From: a virus
Length of the DNA stretch: 64,000 nucleotides
Strand: one strand, 5' to 3'
Virus record (IMG/VR): IMGVR_UViG_3300046532_001629
Location: 5,779 to 69,778 of that record
In this document: in pieces, positions 28,429-37,100 of the stretch
Position numbering within the stretch: the first letter of the stretch is position 1
How the letters are laid out: every line of letters begins with the position of its first letter
Translations under genes and position numbers: made by a program
Notes under the pieces: model-generated
What the model saw: the letters and a program-made list of their open reading frames with translations, nothing else
The model's database searches: none
Told to the model about the DNA's origin: nothing

Positions 28429-29093
28429 TGAAAATAAGTAACGACACGAGAGATGTCTTAAAGAATTTCTCAACCATAAACTCGGGTATTCGAGTTAAAA
28501 CAGGAAACACGCTGGAAACTATTTCGAATATGAAAAATATCCTTGCTGTGGCTACTGTGACGGAGGAGTTCCCAAAGAATTTTTCCATCTATAATCTGCC
28601 AGAATTTTTGGGAGCAACTTCTTTATTAGAAGACCCCGAATTCAATTTCAATGATACATCATTGTCTATTGAGGATTCAAATTCTAAAATGGATTATCAT
28701 TATGCATCTGAAGGAATGGTTACGGCCCCCGATAAGATGATTACCATGCCAGAGGCAGAGATTACATTTAGTATTACTTCTACACTGTTGTCAGACTTGA
28801 ACAAAGCTGCAAGTGTGTTGGGTGTAAACGATCTAGTGTTAACCTCGGATGGAACTAGTCAGACGTTGACAGTCAAAGATAAGAAGCAACCAACCTCAAA
28901 CACATTCGCAAGAGTTGTGGGTGAAGGGGACGGTATCTCTTATTCAATGAACTTCAAGATTGAGAACCTAAAACTACTCGCAGGTAACTACGATGTTTCA
29001 GTTTCTTCAAAGGGAATATCACATTTCAAGAATTCGGATGTAGCAATTGAATATTTCATTGCACTAGAACCTGATTCTTCTTATGGAGTTTGA
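28428..29093 (+). CDS. gp45: Sliding clamp
   Basis: LKNFSTINSGI, FSIYNLPEFL and YFIALEPDS. Confidence 0.94.
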   Translation: MKISNDTRDVLKNFSTINSGIRVKTGNTLETISNMKNILAVATVTEEFPKNFSIYNLPEFLGATSLLEDPEFNFNDTSLSIEDSNSKMDYHYASEGMVTAPDKMITMPEAEITFSITSTLLSDLNKAASVLGVNDLVLTSDGTSQTLTVKDKKQPTSNTFARVVGEGDGISYSMNFKIENLKLLAGNYDVSVSSKGISHFKNSDVAIEYFIALEPDSSYGV

Positions 29094-29115
29094 ACCAATC
29101 GGTATAAATAAAAGT

Positions 29116-29213
29116 GAGTGTGTAGTGCTAAGTCATTGCACCACACTCGGGAATGAAACCTTCTCATCAATCATCAAGGTGTTTCATGCTAGTTTTTCGG
29201 CGGGGTTAGACTA
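29116..29213 (+). ncRNA. Structured intergenic RNA / gp44 leader with three hairpins
   Basis: GAGTGTG/CACACTC, ATGAAAC/GTTTCAT and TAGTTT/AGACTA pairings after TATAAATA at 29103-29110. Confidence 0.5.
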
Positions 29214-29221
29214 ATCTTATT

Positions 29222-30160
29222 ATGAATGAATTTCTATATGTCGAGAAATATCGACCACAAACAATCGAGGAGACAATACTTCCTCAACAGTTTAAAGACC
29301 AATTCAAAGAATTTGTCAAACAGGGTGAAATCCCTAACCTTTTATTATGTGGTACGGCAGGTGTAGGTAAAACTACCATTGCTAAGGCACTCTGTAATGA
29401 GTTAGGTGCAGACTTCATCGTAATCAATGGTAGTGATGAGGGTAGACTCATAGACACCCTTAGAACGAAGATTAAGAACTTTGCATCGACAATGTCATTG
29501 ATGGGTGGGCCTAAGGTGGTTATCCTAGATGAGGCAGATTACATATCTGCAGAATCAGTTCAACCAGCATTGAGAGCATTCATCGAAGAGTTCTCCAGTA
29601 ATTGTAGATTTATATTCACTTGTAATTACAAGAATCGAATCATTCCTGCATTACACTCAAGAACAACTGTAATCGATTTCAAGATTGCACCAAAAGAGAA
29701 ACCTGTTCTTGCAAACCAATTTCTAAAACGACTGAGTAAGATATGCCAATTGGAGAACATCAAAACTGAACCAGCAGTACTTGCTGAGTTGGTTATGAGA
29801 TTCTTCCCCGACTTCAGACGTGTTCTGAACGAGGTTCAACGATATGGAGTTGGTGGTGTTATCGACACTGGTATACTTTCATCACTAAGTGAAGAGAAGT
29901 TTACACCATTGATCGATATGATCAAAGATAAGAATTGGAGTGCAATGAGAAAGTGGGTCGGACAGAATTCCGATAACGACTTCAACACTCTATTCAGAAA
30001 AGTTTTTAACGCATTGGAACTACGATTGCAACCCCAATCCATTCCAGCTGCTGTTTTAATAATTGCAGACTATCAGTATAAGGCTGCATTTGCAATGGAC
30101 AGTGAAATTAACTTCACTGCTTGTTTGACTGAAATAATGTCGGAGTGTAAATTTAAATGA
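29222..30160 (+). CDS. gp44: Clamp loader large subunit
   Basis: VEKYRP, GTAGVGKTT, ILDEAD and FPDFRR. Confidence 0.96.
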   Translation: MNEFLYVEKYRPQTIEETILPQQFKDQFKEFVKQGEIPNLLLCGTAGVGKTTIAKALCNELGADFIVINGSDEGRLIDTLRTKIKNFASTMSLMGGPKVVILDEADYISAESVQPALRAFIEEFSSNCRFIFTCNYKNRIIPALHSRTTVIDFKIAPKEKPVLANQFLKRLSKICQLENIKTEPAVLAELVMRFFPDFRRVLNEVQRYGVGGVIDTGILSSLSEEKFTPLIDMIKDKNWSAMRKWVGQNSDNDFNTLFRKVFNALELRLQPQSIPAAVLIIADYQYKAAFAMDSEINFTACLTEIMSECKFK

Positions 30161-30423
30161 GTGAACATGATGAAGTCGTAGAACGACAAAGACAAATATT
30201 AGAGGCAGAGACTTGGGCAAAGGGTGTTAAGACACTTCACGCACATTCACTATCTTCATGCTGGTATGATACTAGAGGCAACGATGGTTCGGTACTGGAT
30301 ACTGAATACAATGATGGTGTCATCAAACGAGAAATCCGAAGCACAGGTGAAATTGTTTACTTTGGTGAATCTCTTTCAGGTCAAGAATTACTTAATTCTT
30401 ATTCAAGAAACACAGGTAAGTAA
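30157..30423 (+). CDS. Hypothetical protein inserted between gp44 and gp62
   Basis: ATGA overlap with gp44; abuts gp62. Confidence 0.7.
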   Translation: MSEHDEVVERQRQILEAETWAKGVKTLHAHSLSSCWYDTRGNDGSVLDTEYNDGVIKREIRSTGEIVYFGESLSGQELLNSYSRNTGK

Positions 30424-30834
30424 ATGCCTAAACCCACTGGTCGTAATCCTTTCGACTTTGTCAAGTCCGTTTCCTATGATAAAAAAGATATCATGGTGGA
30501 TGAAGTCGAAGAAAAGAGTTATGCACCCTTCCTAGCAAATAAATCATTGTCTTACCACCAAGACTCTGTTTTCTTCACCAACGAGATGAATATACGCCAT
30601 GGTCTCGATAATCGTCTTCAATATCTATTTTTCCTAAATACTTTACGAAAACGACAAAGGTTTGGTTCATGGGAAAAACCTTATGTCAGTATAAAAATAG
30701 ACACGATTAAAAATTATTATCAAGTATCGACATTGAAAGCAAAAGAATATATGACTATGTTGACAGATAAAGAAGTTCGTGAATTGAAAAACAGAATGAA
30801 TATCGGTGGACAAAATGGCAATGGAACAAAGTGA
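30424..30834 (+). CDS. gp62: Clamp loader small subunit
   Basis: YAPFLANKSLS, NEMN and LQYLFFLNTLRKRQRF. Confidence 0.92.
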   Translation: MPKPTGRNPFDFVKSVSYDKKDIMVDEVEEKSYAPFLANKSLSYHQDSVFFTNEMNIRHGLDNRLQYLFFLNTLRKRQRFGSWEKPYVSIKIDTIKNYYQVSTLKAKEYMTMLTDKEVRELKNRMNIGGQNGNGTK

Positions 30835-31228
30835 TAATCTTATAAAGGATTTGGTTGAAATTACCTTCCCCGAAAAAGACGACTTCCTCAAAATCAGAGA
30901 AACACTATCCCGAATAGGGGTAGCATCAAGACGTGATCAAGAACTATTTCAATCATGTCACATCCTACATAAACGTGGTAAGTATTATATCACACACTTC
31001 AAAGAATTATTTAAACTAGATGGTAAACCTACAAGCATCGATGAATCAGATATCGGTAGACGTAACACCATCGTTAAACTACTTGCACAATGGAAACTAG
31101 TGTCAATAGTAGATGAAAGTAAAATAGTAGAACCACAAGCTCCCCTTTCACAAATCAAGATCATTCCGTTCAAAGAGAAAAAAGAGTGGAAACTTACAAC
31201 AAAGTACTCCATTGGTGGCACTAAATAG
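30821..31228 (+). CDS. regA: Translational repressor RegA
   Basis: DDFLKIRETLSRIGVAS, QSCHILHKRGKYYITHFKELF and RRNTI. Confidence 0.96.
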   Translation: MEQSDNLIKDLVEITFPEKDDFLKIRETLSRIGVASRRDQELFQSCHILHKRGKYYITHFKELFKLDGKPTSIDESDIGRRNTIVKLLAQWKLVSIVDESKIVEPQAPLSQIKIIPFKEKKEWKLTTKYSIGGTK

Positions 31229-31266
31229 ATAAATACCTCTGTTATTAACTTAAACAGGAGAATGGT

Positions 31267-31443
31267 ATGTTAGAATTTTTACAGTGGGTCATAGCATGGG
31301 TACAGGTACTTCCTTGGTTAGTTATGGGTGCATCTTTGATTGCAGCTTTAACTCCAACACCGATAGATGATGGGTTAGTGAAAAAAATGTATAAGGTCAT
31401 AGACTGGTGTGCTTTCAATATAGGCAAAGCAAAAGAGTCATAA
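31267..31443 (+). CDS. 58-aa membrane protein (holin-like candidate), absent from ORF track
   Basis: SD CAGGAG; MLEFLQWVIAWVQVLPWLVMGASLIAALTPTPIDD...NIGKAKES. Confidence 0.7.
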   Translation: MLEFLQWVIAWVQVLPWLVMGASLIAALTPTPIDDGLVKKMYKVIDWCAFNIGKAKES

Positions 31444-31480
31444 ATAGTATAGTAAATATAAATAATTTAAGAGGTAAATT

Positions 31481-31726
31481 ATGGAATATGTAATAGTAGC
31501 AGTTGTAATCGTAGCGTTAGGGTTTCATCTTTTCAGTAAGAAGGAAGTTGCTAAGTCTAAACCAGCATCTAAACCTAGTGTCTCAAGTAAATCAACACCT
31601 AGTGTTGCAGAATTGAAAAAGCTAACGAAGCTTCAATTATTGGCCATAGCAGACAGGGAAAACATTAAAGTAAAACGTAGTGGTTCCAAGGCAGAAGTCG
31701 TTAAATCGATTGTACAGCACAAGTAA
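31481..31726 (+). CDS. Membrane-anchored protein with C-terminal HeH/Rho-N-like motif
   Basis: N-terminal TM segment; ELKKLTKLQLLAIADRENIKVKRSGSKAEVV. Confidence 0.7.
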   Translation: MEYVIVAVVIVALGFHLFSKKEVAKSKPASKPSVSSKSTPSVAELKKLTKLQLLAIADRENIKVKRSGSKAEVVKSIVQHK

Positions 31727-31743
31727 ACCGTAGTAGGTTTCTG

Positions 31744-31770
31744 AAAAGACACTTCGGTGTCTTTTTTTTT
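31744..31770 (+). terminator. Intrinsic terminator with cUUCGg tetraloop
   Basis: AAAAGACAC-TTCG-GTGTCTTTTTTTTT. Confidence 0.9.
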
Positions 31771-31802
31771 GGTCTAAAGTAATGGAACACCTAAATAACA
31801 CT

Positions 31803-32099
31803 ATGGAACAGATATTTGATTTGATAGGAGAAGTGGGAGCCCCGATTGCAGGAAGTCTTGTGATGGGATTTTTCATATTCATAGTAATTAAACAGATACT
31901 AGAAGGGATTGTAGAATCGATTGGTACACTTACCATGTTCTGCACATCCTTAGAAAACCGTGCCAGAATGATGTCGAATGAGATGATTAAAATCGATCTC
32001 CTAGTGTCCAGTGCATTAGAACTTAGACCCGACATCGACAGAGTTGCTCGTGCAGAAAACTTCATAGAAGATGGAAAACTGGATGTAAGGAGAGACTAG
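31803..32099 (+). CDS. Small membrane protein, first gene of the curli-like cluster
   Basis: TM segment GAPIAGSLVMGFFIFIVI then coiled coil; TAAATA 5 nt before ATG. Confidence 0.75.
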   Translation: MEQIFDLIGEVGAPIAGSLVMGFFIFIVIKQILEGIVESIGTLTMFCTSLENRARMMSNEMIKIDLLVSSALELRPDIDRVARAENFIEDGKLDVRRD

Positions 32100-32371
32100 T
32101 GGATATTGCTCAGGCTATATCCGACTACGGATTCCCAATAGTAATGTCAGTTGGACTGGGTTACTTCATCTATTATGTTTGGTGGTTCATCGGAGAACAC
32201 ATCGAACCCCAAATTGAAAAAATGCATTTTGCACTTATTAAAGTGATAGATCAAGTTAGAATGTTAGATCAAGATTTAATTCGTTTGCAACAAAAGGTAA
32301 ACGTGGTTCTCGAAATGAAGGAGAACCTAAAAAAGAAAGCAGGAGAAAACGATAATGGAAAAGAAAACTAA
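32099..32371 (+). CDS. Small membrane protein, apparent paralog of the previous ORF
   Basis: GFPIVMSVGLGYFIYYVW; VRMLDQDLIRL parallels ARMMSNEMIKI. Confidence 0.75.
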   Translation: MDIAQAISDYGFPIVMSVGLGYFIYYVWWFIGEHIEPQIEKMHFALIKVIDQVRMLDQDLIRLQQKVNVVLEMKENLKKKAGENDNGKEN

Positions 32372-32840
32372 ACTAGTTCTGTGGGGTTCTGCAATTGTAT
32401 TGTCACTTGCAATCTTTAGCACAGGTGTTAAATCAGACGAAATAGTGTTTGGATTTAAGAGTCCGTCCTTCAGTGGTGCTGGCCAGTCGTCACACTATCT
32501 CACCATTGAGAACCAAGAGAAATCAAGACGTGATAAAATTGAACAAGGTATAGAAGATAAGATTAAACAAGCAGAGAGAGATGCTTCGAACACTACACTA
32601 GCTAAGTTTTTGAGAAATGTGGAGAGCAGAATTTATGCTCAGATAGCAAAACAGTTAGTAGAGAATATGTTTTCTAATGGAGAGGGCGCAGATTACGGCA
32701 CATTTACCATCGAAGGAAATACTGTGACGTATGAGAAAATGATTGGTGAAGATGGTGGAGAATTTATAAGATTGACAATTGTATCTGAGGATGGAACAAC
32801 AACGACTTTGGATATACCAGTCGGCACTGGCGGGTTCTAG
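32355..32840 (+). CDS. csgF: Curli assembly component CsgF-like
   Basis: Signal peptide then FGFKSPSFSG; ESRIYAQIAKQL; GTTTTLDIPV; directly before csgG. Confidence 0.82.
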   Translation: MEKKTKLVLWGSAIVLSLAIFSTGVKSDEIVFGFKSPSFSGAGQSSHYLTIENQEKSRRDKIEQGIEDKIKQAERDASNTTLAKFLRNVESRIYAQIAKQLVENMFSNGEGADYGTFTIEGNTVTYEKMIGEDGGEFIRLTIVSEDGTTTTLDIPVGTGGF

Positions 32841-32842
32841 AA

Positions 32843-33727
32843 GTGAGACAACTTGCAATAGTTGGCCTCTTGACGGTTTTGTTCACCACTGGGTGTGCAA
32901 GTGTTCCGTCTATGACTGATAGTTGCACGTCTATTGTAATGAGTAGAGTGGGAGAGTGTATTGAAGAAGCAGAGATAGTTAAGATACCCACGTATCAAGA
33001 ACTTGCTGATCTTCCCCCAGCAACGAATATGCCAGTGGTTGCAGTCTATGCTTTCCTAGATAAGACAGGACAACGAAAGAGAATGGATGGAGTCGCATCG
33101 TTCTCAACTGCAGTAACACAAGGTGCAGAATCATTTCTAATTGATGCACTTAAAACTGCAGGGAAAGGGAAGTGGTTTAGAGTAGTAGAACGAACAAGTC
33201 TTGATGCACTCGTAAGAGAGAGACAGATCATTCGTTCTACTAGAGAAGATTTTGCAACGAAAGAAGGTAATGAAGATGCCCCAACAGGTATTCAACCTTT
33301 GCTCTTTGCAGGAATCCTACTGGAAGGTGGGATTGTTGGTTATGATACTAACATTGAAAGCGGTGGTAGAGGAGCAAGATTCCTAGGAATCGGGTCTTCT
33401 GTTTCTTATCGAAGAGATGTGGTTACTGTAAGTTTGAGAGGAATATCAACACTTACAGGTGAGATTTTGTTAAATGTGCAGACTAAGAAGACGATACTCA
33501 GCACAGGTGGAGGTTATGATGTATTCCGTTTCGTTGATATGGATACGAAATTAGTGGAAATAGAAGATGGTGTGGCTTTTAATGAGGGAGTTACGAAAGC
33601 AACTCGTTCAGCAATAGAACTAGCCGTCCTCGAACTTATATACCAAGGACACGATAGAGGTTTTTGGGTAATTACGGATAAACATCTTAACGATGAACAT
33701 CCAATAGGAGAAACAGATGAAGAATAA
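32843..33727 (+). CDS. csgG: Curli secretion channel CsgG (lipoprotein)
   Basis: Lipobox TTGC, DKTGQRK, FSTAVTQGA, WFRVVER, PLLFAGILLEGGIVGYDTN and GGRGARFLGIG. Confidence 0.93.
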   Translation: MRQLAIVGLLTVLFTTGCASVPSMTDSCTSIVMSRVGECIEEAEIVKIPTYQELADLPPATNMPVVAVYAFLDKTGQRKRMDGVASFSTAVTQGAESFLIDALKTAGKGKWFRVVERTSLDALVRERQIIRSTREDFATKEGNEDAPTGIQPLLFAGILLEGGIVGYDTNIESGGRGARFLGIGSSVSYRRDVVTVSLRGISTLTGEILLNVQTKKTILSTGGGYDVFRFVDMDTKLVEIEDGVAFNEGVTKATRSAIELAVLELIYQGHDRGFWVITDKHLNDEHPIGETDEE

Positions 33728-34445
33728 ATTATTACTCATTATGTTAACATTAGGATTATCATCTCAGGCTTTTGCTGGAGATGACGATAACGAAATATGG
33801 CTACAGCAAAGTGGTACTGGATTGACTTTAAACTTGACCCAAAAAGGTTATGGTAACAAAGTTGGTGGAGATGACTTTAGTGGAACATCAATTGATATGA
33901 TTTTAACTGGTGCAACAAACAGTTTAACTCTTATCCAGTATGGTGACTCTAACAAACTATACGGCCCTTTCCTTGCAGATACGTCAACAGTAAACTTAAC
34001 GTTCACTGGTGATAGTAACTCGATGGACTGGAACTTTGGTTATGTTGGAAGTGCAGATAGTGCCAATATGTTAGGAACCATTACAGGTTCATCTAACACA
34101 TTTGACATCGATGTTGGTTACGAGGCATCTGCTGAATACTTAAACTGGGACTTAGTAACAACTGGTTCAAGTAACGTATTCACAACTAAAATAGATAGTG
34201 ATAACGCCGTTTGGAATTGGACTGTTACAGGTTCGTCAAACGACATCAATACACTCATGGCTGATGCTACAGATAATTCATTAACTGCAGTTCTAACTGG
34301 TTCTTCAAATGATATTGATATCATTCAGAAGAGTGGTTCAGATACAGGTTGCCCAACTGGTCAATCTTGTAGTGGTATTATTGACGTATCCTTTGTGACC
34401 TCTAATGCAAATATTGACATCGTTCAACAAGACGATAACGATTAG
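33717..34445 (+). CDS. Secreted curlin-like beta-solenoid protein
   Basis: Signal peptide; roughly 23-aa repeats with (Q/T)GxSN and alternating hydrophobic residues. Confidence 0.75.
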   Translation: MKNKLLLIMLTLGLSSQAFAGDDDNEIWLQQSGTGLTLNLTQKGYGNKVGGDDFSGTSIDMILTGATNSLTLIQYGDSNKLYGPFLADTSTVNLTFTGDSNSMDWNFGYVGSADSANMLGTITGSSNTFDIDVGYEASAEYLNWDLVTTGSSNVFTTKIDSDNAVWNWTVTGSSNDINTLMADATDNSLTAVLTGSSNDIDIIQKSGSDTGCPTGQSCSGIIDVSFVTSNANIDIVQQDDND

Positions 34446-35544
34446 TTTTCTACTTATCGGTTCATTAGCACTTGGTGCTGAACCGATAGGGGAGATTACA
34501 GAATATAAAGGGTCGGCTGGAATGTCACGTGACGGAGAGTCTTCCGTCATTGATGCTTCTGCCGAATCCGATGTGCTTATCTATGATACTGCACAGACTC
34601 AGAATGGACGAATGAAAATTCAGTTCATTGGTGATGAAGAATTAGAATTAACAGAACACTCAAAAGTTTGGATTGACGAGGTCTATTACGACCCCGACCC
34701 CTCAAAGTCAAAGATGGTCATGAGAATGGCATCAGGCACCGCTCGATTTGCTTCGGGTTTCGGTGGAAAGATAAAGAAAAGTAACATAAATATCAGTACA
34801 CCTACTGCACAAATCACAGTTCGTGGCACCGACTTCACCACAAGTATTGATGAGATCGGAAGGTCATTGGTAATTTTACTGCCTGATAGATGGGGAAACC
34901 CTTCAGGAGTTGTAATTGTAAGTAATGCAGGAGGAACGGTGACACTAGACGAGGCTTACCAAGCAACGATGGTGAGTACATATGACGATTCTCCAACTAA
35001 ACCAGTTGTAGTGAACGGTATAACACCAAATTTGATTGATAACATGTTTATTGTTAATCCACCCGATGAGGTCACGAAACAAGTATCCGAAGAATCGAGT
35101 TCTTCAGAGAACGATTCGAGTAATGTTCTTGATGTGGATTTTCTAGAATTCAATGATCTAGAAGAGGATTACTTCGAAGACGATGAATTGGAATACACAG
35201 AGCTCGACAGAGATTTATTGGATGTTGATTTCTTACAGGATTTACTTGATGTTATCGTAGGAATAGACAAAAAGGTTGGACTAGATAGACAAGCTAGTAA
35301 AGCATTTGGAGTAGTAAGAATTGACGGAACACTTCCAGGCTTTGACAAGGATACACAATACTCAACTATTGTAGATTCAGGTCTAGGTCAGGTTTGGTTC
35401 TATAGGGAAGTTAGTGGAATTATTTCCATTAGATTACCAATACACGCTCAGGCGAGTATTAGAACCATAACAGACGAAAAAGAGTCATCAATTACGATGG
35501 GTGATGGTTCGTCTCTAAATATAACTATCACACAAACAAACTAG
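34405..35544 (+). CDS. FecR-domain secreted protein with acidic tract
   Basis: Signal peptide; GTARFASG and ISTPTAQITVRGTDF FecR motifs. Confidence 0.85.
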   Translation: MQILTSFNKTITISFLLIGSLALGAEPIGEITEYKGSAGMSRDGESSVIDASAESDVLIYDTAQTQNGRMKIQFIGDEELELTEHSKVWIDEVYYDPDPSKSKMVMRMASGTARFASGFGGKIKKSNINISTPTAQITVRGTDFTTSIDEIGRSLVILLPDRWGNPSGVVIVSNAGGTVTLDEAYQATMVSTYDDSPTKPVVVNGITPNLIDNMFIVNPPDEVTKQVSEESSSSENDSSNVLDVDFLEFNDLEEDYFEDDELEYTELDRDLLDVDFLQDLLDVIVGIDKKVGLDRQASKAFGVVRIDGTLPGFDKDTQYSTIVDSGLGQVWFYREVSGIISIRLPIHAQASIRTITDEKESSITMGDGSSLNITITQTN

Positions 35545-35553
35545 GAGATATTA

Positions 35554-35700
35554 ATGAATATTAGGGAAAAATTACGAGGGTGGCACGAAGATCAAATCTA
35601 CGGATTTCAAAAGGCCACTCGACTCGATGATTACCATATGTATTGGGTATCATTCGCAGAAGGGATTATACTTACATTATTATTTTTGTGGCTAATCTAA
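35554..35700 (+). CDS. 48-aa membrane protein, absent from ORF track
   Basis: SD AGGAG; ...DDYHMYWVSFAEGIILTLLFLWLI. Confidence 0.65.
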   Translation: MNIREKLRGWHEDQIYGFQKATRLDDYHMYWVSFAEGIILTLLFLWLI

Positions 35701-35704
35701 ACAC

Positions 35705-36499
35705 ATGAAAAAGTTTTTATCATTCTTAGTTATGTTACCTTTGGTAGTCTTCGCAACTGATGACAACAAGGTTGATGTGAACACGACAGGGAGTCAGTCA
35801 AACGACTCCCTTGTCTTCAATGTAACTCAAATAGGTTACGACAACGACACCATCTTTACAATAGGTGGGTCATCAAATTCAATACTCATCAAGCAAGAAG
35901 GAAACAACAACGAGATTTCCTTCGTAGATTACTGGGGTTCGGGAGAAACTTGGGGTGGAGACCTCGATGGTAATTCTAATGCATTGCACTTCGAACAAAG
36001 TGGAACTGGTTCTAAGAACGATATAGGATTCCACATACAAGGAAATACCAATGCTGTTCGATGGGGACAAGGAACAGTACTCAATAATTCATCCGACACC
36101 ACATTTGATTCTGCCTCAGCTGTCGCAGACGATGGTGGTCATAAACTAAACCTAGACATCCATGGAAGTGATAACACACTCATAGGATATCAGAAATCCA
36201 ATTTGGTAAATGGTGGAGACCATACTGCAACGGTATATTTTTACAGCGATAATAACACTGCATGGTTACGGCAACAAGGTGCTGGTGATAAGACTCTCTA
36301 TCTGAGAACGAACAACGATGATAACGTAGTAAACAGTAATCAAAAAGGAAGTGGGGATCATACGACATCCATTACACTTGGTGGTTCATACGGAACTACA
36401 CTCAACCTAATACAAAATAGTTCATCAAACCAGTCATACAACCTTACACAAAGCTGCGTCACAGCTGGTGGTTGTACACTAACAATGACACAAGAATAA
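35705..36499 (+). CDS. Second secreted curlin-like protein
   Basis: Signal peptide; QxGxxN repeats (QIGYDN, QEGNNN, QGAGDK, QKGSGD). Confidence 0.78.
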   Translation: MKKFLSFLVMLPLVVFATDDNKVDVNTTGSQSNDSLVFNVTQIGYDNDTIFTIGGSSNSILIKQEGNNNEISFVDYWGSGETWGGDLDGNSNALHFEQSGTGSKNDIGFHIQGNTNAVRWGQGTVLNNSSDTTFDSASAVADDGGHKLNLDIHGSDNTLIGYQKSNLVNGGDHTATVYFYSDNNTAWLRQQGAGDKTLYLRTNNDDNVVNSNQKGSGDHTTSITLGGSYGTTLNLIQNSSSNQSYNLTQSCVTAGGCTLTMTQE

Positions 36500-36636
36500 T
36501 GGATTCACGAACACTCATAATGGTAAACGAATACCGAATCTCCCAACGCAAAAAGTTTTGGAGAAAGATTCTTGCAGCGTTTATTGCAGGAACTTGTCTT
36601 GGTCTTGCACTTTATGTTTTCTTTTACCATATGTAA
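36499..36636 (+). CDS. 45-aa membrane protein, absent from ORF track
   Basis: TAATG coupling; basic stretch then hydrophobic C-terminus. Confidence 0.55.
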   Translation: MDSRTLIMVNEYRISQRKKFWRKILAAFIAGTCLGLALYVFFYHM

Positions 36637-36651
36637 ACCCTAAATAACTAT

Positions 36652-37083
36652 ATGGCATATTCTAAAGAAGTAGTAGAACGGTTTGAAGCAGTAATTGCTA
36701 ACCCTCTAAAACATGCTGTCGGTTCACTCGACAGGAAAAACCCCAAGGTTGCAACAGGACTTGCAGGAGCTCCTGCATGTGGTGATGTGATGCAACTACA
36801 ACTCTTACTTGATGACAACGAAAAGATTGTTGATGTCAAATTCAAGACTTACGGATGTGGAAGTGCAATTGCATCTTCGTCATTGTTCGTAGATTTAATG
36901 ATGGGTAAGACGATTGCAGAAGCAAAACTAATCAAAGACAAAGACATTGCAGATGCACTACAACTTCCACCAATCAAATTACATTGTTCAGTACTAGCCG
37001 AGGACGCCATCAAACAAGCGATGGTGGATTACGAGTCAAAACAATCAAAAGACTACAAACACCCGATCTTAGATCACGTTTGA
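36652..37083 (+). CDS. iscU: Fe-S cluster scaffold IscU
   Basis: MAYSKEV, GAPACGDVM, FKTYGCGSAIASSS and LPPIKLHCSVLAEDAI. Confidence 0.96.
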   Translation: MAYSKEVVERFEAVIANPLKHAVGSLDRKNPKVATGLAGAPACGDVMQLQLLLDDNEKIVDVKFKTYGCGSAIASSSLFVDLMMGKTIAEAKLIKDKDIADALQLPPIKLHCSVLAEDAIKQAMVDYESKQSKDYKHPILDHV

Positions 37084-37100
37084 TTCAGAGGTGACAACTA

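Noticed and set aside
29116-29148. CIRCE operator in the gp45-gp44 gap
   Set aside because: Only a partial AGTGCTAA half-site; the TTAGCACTC-N9-GAGTGCTAA arrangement is absent
31245-31427. Minus-strand 60-aa ORF
   Set aside because: A plus-strand ORF 31267-31443 with SD and coherent membrane-protein sequence occupies the same space
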